The notes under the pieces: model-generated
What the model was told of the DNA's origin: nothing
Databases searched by the model: none
Seen by the model: only the letters and a program-made list of their open reading frames with translations
Shown: positions 27,150-36,726 of the stretch, one piece after another
Position numbering within the stretch: position 1 is the stretch's first letter
Layout: each line of letters opens with the position of its first letter
Position numbers and translations under genes: made by a program
NCBI GenBank assembly: GCA_045587825.1
Contig: JAZNCY010000343.1
Span: 1 to 47,942 of the forward strand
Origin: Acutalibacteraceae bacterium
GTDB lineage: Bacteria; Bacillota; Clostridia; Oscillospirales; Acutalibacteraceae
Direction: 5' to 3'
DNA length: 47,942 nucleotides

Positions 27150-27188
27150 TAAGAAATGCAAAGCACCACTCCCGAAAGAGTGGTGCTT
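27150..27188 (-). terminator. Rho-independent terminator on the minus strand downstream of the Noc-like gene
   Basis: 11-bp perfect stem 27161-27171 / 27178-27188. On the minus strand it is followed by UGCAUUUCUU. Confidence 0.55.
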
Positions 27189-27283
27189 CGCTGTGGATGT
27201 GGGGTGTGAAAGAGAAAGATATGGCTTGAGTGCAGTTGCACTCTATATAAACTCCTTTCGGAGAATATATCAAATTAAACGTA

Positions 27284-28132
27284 TCAATTCAATTCGATTG
27301 TTTCAAGTGTTTCCATTATAACAGGCTTTTCATTAGGTTTAGAAATTCTTACAACATACTCAAAATATTCGTCTGTTTCGCTTTTTGCTGTATCTGCTTC
27401 AATCCCTGCTCGTCTGATGCTATCAACAGCGTGGTTTAAAGTGTTTATAAAAATTCTCATATCCTTAAAAACCTTAATAGGTGGTTTAGATGGTTCTTTT
27501 CTTCGTCTTAAAATATCTTTTATAAGACGCTCAGATTCACTTACAGTAAGGTGTCTTTCTATTATAATATCAAGCGCTCTGTTTCTTGCTGAATTATCTG
27601 GCAATGTAAGAAGCGCTCTTGCGTGACGCTCGGTTAAAGAGGCAATTACAATTTTATCACGCATATCTTCTGGCAATCTTAAAAGACGTAATTTATTTGA
27701 AAGTGTAGATTGTGCCTTGCCTAATTTTCTGCCGATTTCTTCCTGAGAGAGATTATGCTCTGTCATAAGTCTTTCTATTGCAACGGCTTCTTCAAAAAAA
27801 TCTAAATTCTGGCGTTGCACGTTTTCAATTATTGCAAAGAGTGCCGATTGCTCGTCTGAAACGTCCATTACAATACAAGGTATTTTTGTAATTCCTGTAA
27901 TTCTTGCAGCCCTGAGTCTACGTTCACCAGAAATAAGCTCGTACTTTTCGTTATCTAACGGGCGAACGTTTATGGGTTGTAAAATTCCGTTTGCTCTTAT
28001 TGAAGAAGCAAGATTTTCAAGCTCTATGTAATCAAAACGAACTCTTGGTTGATGTGGATTAGGGTAAATATTTTCGTGTGGGATAAGCTGAATCTGACAA
28101 TTCGCCTTTCCTCTGGTAGATGATTTTAACAT
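27284..28132 (-). CDS. noc: ParB-family protein of the nucleoid occlusion (Noc/YyaA) type
   Basis: ParB box GERRLRAA, HTH region, and a C-terminal region resembling B. subtilis Noc (KVFKDMRIFINTLNHAVDSIRRAGIE...EYVVRISK). Located next to rsmG. Confidence 0.8.
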   Translation of the reverse strand: MLKSSTRGKANCQIQLIPHENIYPNPHQPRVRFDYIELENLASSIRANGILQPINVRPLDNEKYELISGERRLRAARITGITKIPCIVMDVSDEQSALFAIIENVQRQNLDFFEEAVAIERLMTEHNLSQEEIGRKLGKAQSTLSNKLRLLRLPEDMRDKIVIASLTERHARALLTLPDNSARNRALDIIIERHLTVSESERLIKDILRRRKEPSKPPIKVFKDMRIFINTLNHAVDSIRRAGIEADTAKSETDEYFEYVVRISKPNEKPVIMETLETIELN

Positions 28133-28202
28133 TTTTACGTTCCTTTGTTTTTATTTTTGTTCCACATCTTTTATCTCTCTGTTGTGACTACAATATACCA
28201 CG

Positions 28203-28257
28203 AAAAATCATAAAAATAAAGCATTTTCGGTCGGGGTAAATCGACAGAAAATGCTTT
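28203..28257 (-). terminator. Rho-independent terminator of rsmG
   Basis: 11-bp perfect stem 28218-28228 / 28247-28257, followed on the minus strand by AUUUUUAUGAUUUUU. Confidence 0.7.
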
Positions 28258-28269
28258 AATTTATTAAAT

Positions 28270-28983
28270 TTAAAGAGGTTTTTTCGCTATTTGTGCAGAA
28301 ACTCGTGGATATTTTGTCGGAATTTGCGAAATCTTTTTAATCTTTATTATATTTCTTTCGCCCTGTGAGCATAAATCGAAGCAGAATTTATCTTCAATTT
28401 TACCTGAAAGCACCTTGAGTGCATTCTCTGCATTCTCAATTTCAAGCTCTGCCAAAGCACCTTTCATAGAAACAAAGTAGCCACCCTGTTTTACAAATGG
28501 TAAGCAATATTCTGAAAGAACTCTTAATTCTGCAACTGCTCTTGCCGTAGCAAAATCGAATTGCTCTCTGTATTCCTTCTTTTGTCCTGCTTCTTCTGCT
28601 CTCATATTAAGAATTTCGTAATTCTTAAGCCCCATTTTTTCTGCAATATCTGCCACAACCTTTAATTTTTTACCAGTTGAATCAAGCAAAGTAACCTTTA
28701 CATCACTTCTTGCAGCAGCAATTACGAGTCCTGGGAAGCCTGCACCAGTGCCGACATCAATTATTTTTGAATTCTCAGGAATATCAACGTATTTTAAAAG
28801 CATTAAGCTATCTATAAAATGCTTTATTGCAATACCCTCATCATCTTTGATGGCGGTAAGGTTTATTTTTTCGTTCCATTCCTTTAATTCTTTTGCATAA
28901 ATTTCTAACTTTTCAATTAATTCTTGGGATATTTCTAATCCAACAATTTCTGCATTGTCTTTAATAATGCTTTTTATAGCCAT
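28270..28983 (-). CDS. rsmG: 16S rRNA (guanine527-N7)-methyltransferase RsmG (GidB)
   Basis: SAM motif DVGTGAGFPGL and full-length RsmG similarity. Confidence 0.93.
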   Translation of the reverse strand: MAIKSIIKDNAEIVGLEISQELIEKLEIYAKELKEWNEKINLTAIKDDEGIAIKHFIDSLMLLKYVDIPENSKIIDVGTGAGFPGLVIAAARSDVKVTLLDSTGKKLKVVADIAEKMGLKNYEILNMRAEEAGQKKEYREQFDFATARAVAELRVLSEYCLPFVKQGGYFVSMKGALAELEIENAENALKVLSGKIEDKFCFDLCSQGERNIIKIKKISQIPTKYPRVSAQIAKKPL

Positions 28984-28986
28984 AAA

Positions 28987-31392
28987 TTAACCTCTGTAAA
29001 GAGCAGTAATTTCCATTAACGCCTCTCTGTATTTTTTTGGAACTTTATTAAGGAATGTGTCATCCCTTAATACTTCATTAAATAATCTCTTGTTCTCATT
29101 ATTAATCTGGAATTTTGAAATTACGTCAATAAACTCTTCTTTCTTTTCTTTATTTGCAAGGAATGTGCAAACAGAAAGAGTCACTTTCCCTTCATCTGAA
29201 GTAGTAATATCAGAGAGAAGAATTTCAATATAACCATTTTTATTGCTTACAGTAAATTCTTTTTCTTCGCCGTTTACTGTAGCTTTGATATCACCATTTA
29301 CAATATCACGGAATTTAAGAAGATAATTTCTCTTTTCTGGAACAACAGAAGTGTCTCCCTCAGCCTGTTTAATTGTAAATGCAACAGTTGAATTGTCTTC
29401 ATTTATAACAAATGGTGTTTCACAATATGCGCCATCTTCAAAGCTCATTGTGTTACCATCATCTTCGTAAAGACGGAATTCGTTATTGCCTCTGAAAATG
29501 AGAAGCTCTAAATCCTTTGGATTTTCTACTGTATTATCCTTTTCATTCTTGCTCATAGGAATAATTGCGCCCTCTTTTGCAAGAACAGGAATAGTGCTTA
29601 TGTCTCTGAACATTTTAACGACTCTGTTACCTGAGTAAATTCTGCCGTTATAAATATCTGTATATCTTCCGTCTGGTAACCATACGTTGGCACTTGCCAT
29701 ACCAATTTCTGAATTTGTATGCTCAGTAATAGGTGCAACAATAAGCTCTGTACCAAAGAAATATTCATTTTTTGCTTTATAAGCATTTTCTTCTTTTGGA
29801 TATGTGTAGTACATAGGCTCACAAATTGCTCTGCCGTCTTTTTGAGTGCGACGATTCATTGTGTAAATGTAAGGAAGAAGCTTATGTCTGAAGCGTAAGT
29901 TTTCAGTTGCGATTTTTTCAATAGGAGCACTATATTTCCAAGGCTCTTTACCCATAAATTCATTTGCAGTTGAGTGAAGTCTCATAACAGGGCTATATAT
30001 ACCGAATTGTACCCATCTTATATAAAGCTCATCATCTTTTTTACCCCAACAGTGACCGCCGATATCGTGACTCCACCAAGGGTAGCCAACGTTAGCAGCA
30101 GTTGCAGTAAAGTAAACCTGAAAATCAAGACTTGACCATTTCTGAGTAGTATCACCACTGAAACCTAATGGATAGCGTTGGCTACCAGCACCAGCAAAAC
30201 GGGAAAGAATAAGCGGACGATTGTTATCCTTTGCATTATCTAAGAAATGGTAATGGTTAAGTGCCCAGAGCGGGTCTAAGCCTTTTATTTTTGTGCGGGT
30301 ACCTTGTTGCCAGTCAATCCACCAGAAATCAACGCCCATTTTTTCCATTGGGTGATGGAGTACTTTGAAATAATGCTCTACAAATTTTTCATCTGTTATA
30401 TCAAACTGAACAGGCTCTTTTGTGGATGGGTCCTGACCCATTTTTTCACACATTTCTTCGTAACAATCCTCATACCAACGAACACCTTGTGAAGGGTGAA
30501 GATTGAAGGTAACTTTATAATTATCATCCTGTAATTTTTTAAGGAAGCCTTCTGGGTCTGGGAATAAATCTGTGTTGAAGCTGTAACCAGTCCAGCCAAC
30601 TGACCATACGTCGTAAATATATTCCATAAAGTTTAAGTGTGTTGATGGTTTAACAACGTCTTTACCGAACTTACCACGGATATCTACCCAGTGCCAGTCC
30701 ATATCAACAGTAGCAACTGTAATCGGAATTTCTTCTGCTTTGAATCTATCCATAAGCTTTAAGTATTCTTCCTGAGTGTATGCTTTATATCTGCTCCACC
30801 AGTTAGAAAGCGCATAACGTGGAATGAGCGGAGTTTCTCCTGTTAATTTATATAAATCACGTGTAGCTCCAATATAATCGTAACCATAAGCAAAATAATA
30901 CTCGTCTTTGCCAGTTGATTTTCTTGGTAAAATTTTGCCATCATCTGTTAAAATAAGTGTTTTGCTATCATCAAGAATTGCAACACCATCTTTAGAGCAA
31001 ACGCCGTCACCTAAAGTTATGATACCAGCGGTAACGTCTAATGTACGGCAAGTACCCTTTAAGTTTCCGCTATGATAATCTGTAACAACTCTGCCATCAC
31101 GAAGCTTGATTCTTACCATTTTCTTTTCTGTGAAAGAGTAAAGGAAATTACACTTTGTAGTTTTGATTTCTACAAAGCCACTGCCATTTTTCACTTCAAA
31201 ACGTGGCTCATTAAAATCTCTGAACCACACTGCCTGTGTAGGCTCATCACAGAATTTGCCGTTTTTACTTTCTTCTACACGTACCATACAAGGAGTAAGA
31301 ACTGTAATTCTTGTGTTGCCATTCACAATGATGTGGCTCTCTTTAGCTTTCGGAGAGGTTTTAATTTTAAATTTGTCAAAATATCTTTCCAT
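28987..31392 (-). CDS. Glycoside hydrolase family 31 (alpha-glucosidase/alpha-xylosidase-like)
   Basis: GH31 hallmarks VDMDW, FWWIDW, GSQRYPLGFSGD and SHDIGGH. ATG 31390-31392 lies 6 nt after AAAGGTG. Confidence 0.85.
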   Translation of the reverse strand: MERYFDKFKIKTSPKAKESHIIVNGNTRITVLTPCMVRVEESKNGKFCDEPTQAVWFRDFNEPRFEVKNGSGFVEIKTTKCNFLYSFTEKKMVRIKLRDGRVVTDYHSGNLKGTCRTLDVTAGIITLGDGVCSKDGVAILDDSKTLILTDDGKILPRKSTGKDEYYFAYGYDYIGATRDLYKLTGETPLIPRYALSNWWSRYKAYTQEEYLKLMDRFKAEEIPITVATVDMDWHWVDIRGKFGKDVVKPSTHLNFMEYIYDVWSVGWTGYSFNTDLFPDPEGFLKKLQDDNYKVTFNLHPSQGVRWYEDCYEEMCEKMGQDPSTKEPVQFDITDEKFVEHYFKVLHHPMEKMGVDFWWIDWQQGTRTKIKGLDPLWALNHYHFLDNAKDNNRPLILSRFAGAGSQRYPLGFSGDTTQKWSSLDFQVYFTATAANVGYPWWSHDIGGHCWGKKDDELYIRWVQFGIYSPVMRLHSTANEFMGKEPWKYSAPIEKIATENLRFRHKLLPYIYTMNRRTQKDGRAICEPMYYTYPKEENAYKAKNEYFFGTELIVAPITEHTNSEIGMASANVWLPDGRYTDIYNGRIYSGNRVVKMFRDISTIPVLAKEGAIIPMSKNEKDNTVENPKDLELLIFRGNNEFRLYEDDGNTMSFEDGAYCETPFVINEDNSTVAFTIKQAEGDTSVVPEKRNYLLKFRDIVNGDIKATVNGEEKEFTVSNKNGYIEILLSDITTSDEGKVTLSVCTFLANKEKKEEFIDVISKFQINNENKRLFNEVLRDDTFLNKVPKKYREALMEITALYRG

Positions 31393-31393
31393 A

Positions 31394-32968
31394 TCATTCA
31401 CCTTTTTCTTCGTGATATTCTTTTTCAGTATTTACAGACCAGATTGATGTTTTATCTGGAGTATTTTTTATTATTGCGCTACTTGCTTCAATACCTGTAA
31501 GCATTGAATGGTCCATATTGTTATATCTGTGCTGACCATTTCTGCCGACACAATAAAGATTTTCAATTGAGTCAAGATATTCTCTTACCTTATAGAAATC
31601 CTTATACGTACCAAAATAAGCAGGGTAAGCTTTTTTAACCTTTGTTGTGAAGCTGTCTATAATATTCTCTTTTTTGATAATACCGATTTTCTCTAATTCA
31701 TCACTTGCAAATTCAATGAATTTTTCAGGTGGCATATTCCACATCTCATCATTTTCATTGCAGAAATATTCAAGACCTACCCATATATGATTTTTAAAAT
31801 CATCAACCATATAAGGTGACCAGTTATTAAAAATCTGAAGTCTGCCCAATTTAACATTTCTTTCCTGAATATAAATCCAGCAGTCAGGGACATTGTTGTT
31901 TATAGTTTTTATATCGGTTTTATTTTCGATTTCTAATTTATTCAAGAGAAGACCAACAGTTATAAAATCACGATATGGCAAATTAACTGCAATTTCTTTT
32001 TCTTTCTGTGGGAATTCTTCAATACAATTAGCTAAATCTTTAATCGGCATTGAAGATACTAAATAATCGCAGAAAATTTCTTCTGTCTTTTTATAATCAG
32101 GTGAAGCTTCATCTGTATTTTCAACTATTACTGATTTTACTCTGTTGCCATCAAGATTTATTTTTACTACTCTTTGATTTTTCCTGAGGTCTGCACCTTT
32201 TTCTATGCAGATTTCAGCCATCTTTTCCCACAACTGACCAGGACCTAATTTCGGGTAGTAAAATTCTTCAATAAGTGATGTTTCTACTTTGCTGTTATTC
32301 TTTTTGAATGGTTTCAAAAGTGCTGACAAAATCACCTTTGAAATTGAAAGCCCTTTTACTCTTTGTGCTCCCCAGTCTGCAGAAATATTTTTTGGATGAA
32401 CACCCCAGAGCTTTTCTGTGTAATCTTCAAAAAAGATTTCATAAAGTGTTTTGCCGAAACGATTTATATAAAAGTTTTCTAAATTATCTTCAGGCAATTT
32501 ATTTAAAGCACTTTTTAAATAATCAACACCTGCAAAAAATGTGTTTTTAAGACCAAGGTTTATAAAAGTCTGTGGTTTTAATGAAATAGGATAATCAAAA
32601 AACCGATTTCTATAATAAATTCTCGATATTCTGTTTCTTATAAGAAAAACATCATCTTGTGTTTCGGGGTCAGCGCTATTTGTTTTTGAAAAATTCTTTT
32701 CTCTGTTTAAAATAATATCATCTGCACTGGGTTTACTCTGTAACGGCAAAATTTCCTGCCATAAATCCATAACGTCTTTATTTTTAGAGAAAAAACGATG
32801 ACCACCGATATCTATTCTGTTTTCTTTAAATTGTTCTGTTCTTGAAATACCACCGATAAATTTACTTTCTTCAATTATTATCGGTTTAATTTTCTCTGCA
32901 CCTTTTAACAAGGAATAGGCACAAGTAAGTCCCGCAGGACCCGCACCTATAATTACTACATTCTTCAT
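31394..32968 (-). CDS. FAD/NAD(P)-binding oxidoreductase (amine oxidase / UDP-galactopyranose mutase-like fold)
   Basis: N-terminal dinucleotide-binding motif [15 protein letters not shown] and GGHRFF. Confidence 0.7.
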   Translation of the reverse strand: MKNVVIIGAGPAGLTCAYSLLKGAEKIKPIIIEESKFIGGISRTEQFKENRIDIGGHRFFSKNKDVMDLWQEILPLQSKPSADDIILNREKNFSKTNSADPETQDDVFLIRNRISRIYYRNRFFDYPISLKPQTFINLGLKNTFFAGVDYLKSALNKLPEDNLENFYINRFGKTLYEIFFEDYTEKLWGVHPKNISADWGAQRVKGLSISKVILSALLKPFKKNNSKVETSLIEEFYYPKLGPGQLWEKMAEICIEKGADLRKNQRVVKINLDGNRVKSVIVENTDEASPDYKKTEEIFCDYLVSSMPIKDLANCIEEFPQKEKEIAVNLPYRDFITVGLLLNKLEIENKTDIKTINNNVPDCWIYIQERNVKLGRLQIFNNWSPYMVDDFKNHIWVGLEYFCNENDEMWNMPPEKFIEFASDELEKIGIIKKENIIDSFTTKVKKAYPAYFGTYKDFYKVREYLDSIENLYCVGRNGQHRYNNMDHSMLTGIEASSAIIKNTPDKTSIWSVNTEKEYHEEKGE

Positions 32969-32982
32969 TTAATTTCCACCAT

Positions 32983-33810
32983 TTATAAATTTAGTGCCGC
33001 TTTGAGATTTTCTCCTAAAATGCCTTTTTTAGCATCTTCTGTTATAGGAAGCTTTTTAATCCTCTCTATTGCATTTTTTGTGTATTCAACATCTTTATAC
33101 GGAAAATCGAGTCCGAAAATACTGTTTTTTTCACCTATCTGATGAATTAAAGTGCACAAGTCATCATCTGTGAGTGACCAGGCACCTGGGCGAAGATTAC
33201 CAAGAGCATCCACTTCCATAGAAATGCTCGTAAGTCCTGCATAAATATTATTGCCTTTTCTTTCGTTATTGTTCATAACTAAAAGTGCTTCTCTGAAAAA
33301 GCTATAGCCACCTACGTGCTCCATACTGAATTTTAAAGCAGGAAAATTGTAGGCAACCTCATCAAATAAAAGCATACTGTAATCTTTGATTCTGTGCCAG
33401 TGAAGCCCCGTATGAAAAGAAACAAAAAGACCTTGCTTTTCGGCTTCTGCATATACTTCAAATAACTCTCTGCCATCAACTTTAACTTCTTGTGCAGCAG
33501 GGTGAATTTTTATACCTTTAAAGCCTAATTCTTTTATTTCTTTAACCTGTTCGTTTATAGAACCTATATCAAAATTAATCGTGCCGAAGCCGATTAAATT
33601 TTTTTCATTTTTAATTTCTTCATATAACCATTTATTTTGGTTTATGGTTATTCCTACACGCTCTGTCTGATGATTAAAGGGTGCAAAGCATACGGCACCT
33701 TCAATACCACATTCTTCCATTAAGACTTTCAAGTTTTCTAATTGTGCATTATCTTTAGAGCCTTTAGGAAATACGTGAGCGTGGTTTGCGAAAATTTTGT
33801 AATCTCCCAT
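32983..33810 (-). CDS. Amidohydrolase-2 family metal-dependent hydrolase
   Basis: N-terminal HAHVFP metal ligands, TIM-barrel-sized 275 aa, similarity to PF04909-type hydrolases/lactonases. Confidence 0.65.
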   Translation of the reverse strand: MGDYKIFANHAHVFPKGSKDNAQLENLKVLMEECGIEGAVCFAPFNHQTERVGITINQNKWLYEEIKNEKNLIGFGTINFDIGSINEQVKEIKELGFKGIKIHPAAQEVKVDGRELFEVYAEAEKQGLFVSFHTGLHWHRIKDYSMLLFDEVAYNFPALKFSMEHVGGYSFFREALLVMNNNERKGNNIYAGLTSISMEVDALGNLRPGAWSLTDDDLCTLIHQIGEKNSIFGLDFPYKDVEYTKNAIERIKKLPITEDAKKGILGENLKAALNL

Positions 33811-34553
33811 TATTCTTCATCTCCCATAAAGGAAAGAAAATCCATTAAATCGCTTAAATCGTCATTGTCATCAAGTGGTTCGTCCTCTGGAATATCACTG
33901 TAATAATCCCAGAGCATTTCTTCCTGATTTTCTGTTAACGGAGAAGCTGGAATATCATTAATAACTTCCATCTTTCTTGTTTTACTCCAGAGAGATGGTG
34001 TTATTCTTACTGTGTAGCCACAAGCAGATGGGCAAAGCCACTCTGTCATTGGTAATTCAGGAAGCCCGAATGCAGAAAGAATAGACATAATTACGCCACC
34101 GTGGGTAAAAATAGCGCAGCTTGTAGTTCCTGTTTTAATAAGACCTTCAACCGTTTTTATAAATGTATCACAAACTCTTGTTGAAAATTCCTGATTGCTC
34201 TCACCATTTAAAGGTCTTGCATCTGGCCCACCAGAAAGCCACTCTTTAAATTCTTCGTGTGGTGCTAACTCTTCTGCTGTAAGATTTTCAAACTCACCAA
34301 AGTCACACTCGTCAAAGCCACGCATTTCTATTGGATTTTTGTCGGGATAAATTATTTTTGCAGTTTCTATACAACGCTTTAACGTGCTTGAAAAAACAAC
34401 GTCTGCCTTTGGGTAATCGTAGTCTTTTAGCATTGTATTTAACTGGTCAATTCCTTCTTTACAGAGAGATTCATCAGTATGACCGATGTATCTTCCCTCT
34501 AAATTTCCTTTGGTGTAAGCGTGTCTAATTAAATGAATTGTGTAACTTTTCAT
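33810..34553 (-). CDS. Histidine phosphatase (phosphoglycerate mutase-like) family protein with an acidic C-terminal tail
   Basis: IHLIRHAYTKGN catalytic-His region and a downstream THGGV. The last ~40 residues are rich in D and E. Confidence 0.75.
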   Translation of the reverse strand: MKSYTIHLIRHAYTKGNLEGRYIGHTDESLCKEGIDQLNTMLKDYDYPKADVVFSSTLKRCIETAKIIYPDKNPIEMRGFDECDFGEFENLTAEELAPHEEFKEWLSGGPDARPLNGESNQEFSTRVCDTFIKTVEGLIKTGTTSCAIFTHGGVIMSILSAFGLPELPMTEWLCPSACGYTVRITPSLWSKTRKMEVINDIPASPLTENQEEMLWDYYSDIPEDEPLDDNDDLSDLMDFLSFMGDEE

Positions 34554-34577
34554 TGCAATCTCCGTTTCAATGGTGTA

Positions 34578-34594
34578 TTATACTGATAGTATAA
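34578..34594. promoter_or_regulatory. Inverted repeat TTATACT-N3-AGTATAA, candidate operator in the divergent promoter region
   Basis: Perfect 7-bp arms 34578-34584 / 34588-34594, between the phosphatase operon start and the XRE regulator gene. Confidence 0.35.
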
Positions 34595-34617
34595 ATTATA
34601 AGTAGGTGTTTTTACAA

Positions 34618-35226
34618 ATGGTAAATTATGCAGAACGACTTTATGAGCTTCGCACAGAAAAAGGCTTAAGCCAGAAAGAAGCTGCAAATGATTTAGGTGT
34701 CTCTCAGGCACTTCTTTCACACTATGAAAAAGGCATAAGAGAATTTGGACTTGATTTTTTAAACCGTGCTGCTGATTATTATAAAGTTACTACCGACTAT
34801 ATATTAGGTAGAACAGACAGTAGAACGGGTCTTGAATCATCCTTCTTTCAGGATAGAGAAGAAGACGGCATATATAATACCACAACTATATACCGTTCTG
34901 CAATATTTATTCACGAAAGAATGAACACCGGCTCTGCTATGGCGGGTGACAGTGCCGACCTTCTTTATTCAATAGCACTTTACAGAATACTTTTTACTGC
35001 ATCTCAAAAAGGCTACATTCCTAAAAGATGGTTTTCATTACCACCAAAAATTGCAGAAAGCTTACCAATGGCAGTAACAGAGGGTATTTTAATGAACTTC
35101 CCAGATAAATCACCTAATGCCAAAAGATATGGTAACCCCGAGCCAAAGTCAATAGAAACTGTTATAAAAACAGTTGAAAATTACATAAAAAAAGCAGCAA
35201 CAGATATAGTTAAATCTGTTGATTAA
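34618..35226 (+). CDS. XRE-family transcriptional regulator
   Basis: HTH LRTEKGLSQKEAANDLGVSQALLSHYEKG. ATG 34618 after AGGTG. Confidence 0.8.
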   Translation: MVNYAERLYELRTEKGLSQKEAANDLGVSQALLSHYEKGIREFGLDFLNRAADYYKVTTDYILGRTDSRTGLESSFFQDREEDGIYNTTTIYRSAIFIHERMNTGSAMAGDSADLLYSIALYRILFTASQKGYIPKRWFSLPPKIAESLPMAVTEGILMNFPDKSPNAKRYGNPEPKSIETVIKTVENYIKKAATDIVKSVD

Positions 35227-35237
35227 AAACTGTTTTT

Positions 35238-35270
35238 GGGTTGTAGCAAAAATGCTACAACCCATTTTTT
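35238..35270. terminator. Bidirectional Rho-independent terminator between the XRE gene and glgA
   Basis: gggttgtagc (35238-35247) / gctacaaccc (35254-35263) followed by ATTTTTT. Confidence 0.8.
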
Positions 35271-35275
35271 ATTAA

Positions 35276-36700
35276 TCAGCCTTTAAGAATTTCTTTATAC
35301 ATTTTAATGTATTCGTTTGCAGATTTGCCCCAGCTGTTATCACTTTCCATAGCACGTTTAACAAGGATTTTCCAACCCTTTTTGTCGCTATAGCCCTCGC
35401 ACGCTCTTCTTATAGCGTGAAGCATTTCGTGGGCATTATAATTTGCAAATGTAAAGCCGTTACCTTCATTGTCACCACTATCTTTAACAGAGTCACGAAG
35501 ACCACCTGTTTCACGAACAATCGGAATTGAACCGTAACGAAGAGCAACCATCTGTGAAAGACCACAAGGCTCACTCTTTGAAGGCATTAAGAAAAGGTCA
35601 GAACCAGCATAGATTTTTCTTGCCAAATCCGGAATAAAGCCTAAGCAAAGACCAACTTGTTCCGGGAAACGAGCTGCAAGACCTCTGAAGAAATCTTCAT
35701 ACTCTGTGTCACCCGAGCCTAAAATTACAAGCTGAATATCTGTTGTAGCCAAAAGCTCATCTAAAACTGCTTTACATAAATCAAGACCTTTATGTGAAAC
35801 AAGACGTGTAACCATACCCATAACAGGTGTATCTTTCTTTTCAGGAAGACCAAAGAATTTTTGTAATTCTCTCTTATTTGTTGCTTTACCAGTCATTTTT
35901 TCAGCTGAATAATTCTTGAAAATATCCTTATCGGTTTCAGGGTTGTAGTTTTCAACATCAATACCATTAAGGATACCACGTAATTTAAAGCTACGCTCTT
36001 TAAGAATTGTATCAAGACCGTGAGAATACCAAGGGTCAAGAATTTCTTTAGCGTAAGAAGGGCTAACAGTTGAAACTGCATTAGCGCATTCAATAGCAGC
36101 CTTTGAGAAGTTTACTGTATCATCATATTCAATGAGATTCTTCTGACTATAATCAAGACCTACAACATTATCAATAAGCTCTTTGCCGTAAACACCCTGA
36201 TATTGAATATTATGAATTGTGAAAACAGTTTTAATGTTTTCATAACCTGGCTGGGTAGCATAAATTGTGCTGTAATAAAGTGGAGTCAACGCTGTCTGCC
36301 AGTCATTACAATGAATGATATCCGGCTTAAAGTCAATGTGTGGAATAATCTCTAAAATAGCACGTGAGAAGAATGCAAAACGCTCTGCATCATCATAATG
36401 ACCATAAAGACTACCACGCTTGAAGTAGTATTCATTATCTAAAAGATAATATGTAACTCCGCCATATTTTGCCTCAAAAATACCACAGTATTGTCTTCTC
36501 CAGGCAACTGGTACAGAAATATTTGTAATGAACTTCATTGTATCTCTGAGCTCTTGTTTAATTGTATCGTAAAGTGGCATTACTACTCTGCAACCTATAA
36601 GGCGTTTTCTTAATGCTTGTGGCAAAGACCCTGCAACATCTGCAAGACCGCCACTCGCAGCAAATGGTAATGCTTCACTCGCAGCATATAAAACTTTCAT
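35276..36700 (-). CDS. glgA: Glycogen synthase GlgA
   Basis: N-terminal KVLYAASEALPFAASGGLADV and GT5 similarity. Confidence 0.95.
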   Translation of the reverse strand: MKVLYAASEALPFAASGGLADVAGSLPQALRKRLIGCRVVMPLYDTIKQELRDTMKFITNISVPVAWRRQYCGIFEAKYGGVTYYLLDNEYYFKRGSLYGHYDDAERFAFFSRAILEIIPHIDFKPDIIHCNDWQTALTPLYYSTIYATQPGYENIKTVFTIHNIQYQGVYGKELIDNVVGLDYSQKNLIEYDDTVNFSKAAIECANAVSTVSPSYAKEILDPWYSHGLDTILKERSFKLRGILNGIDVENYNPETDKDIFKNYSAEKMTGKATNKRELQKFFGLPEKKDTPVMGMVTRLVSHKGLDLCKAVLDELLATTDIQLVILGSGDTEYEDFFRGLAARFPEQVGLCLGFIPDLARKIYAGSDLFLMPSKSEPCGLSQMVALRYGSIPIVRETGGLRDSVKDSGDNEGNGFTFANYNAHEMLHAIRRACEGYSDKKGWKILVKRAMESDNSWGKSANEYIKMYKEILKG

Positions 36701-36726
36701 CGTAATCTCTCCTTATAATGATATTT

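Noticed and set aside
27124-27321. 65-codon plus-strand ORF between mnmE and the Noc-like gene, and a 30-codon GTG-initiated minus-strand ORF in the same gap
   Set aside because: The plus-strand ORF starts inside the mnmE terminator and has no RBS. The minus-strand mini-ORF has AAGGAG about 10 nt upstream, but the spacing is long, the start is GTG, and it runs through the terminator hairpin.
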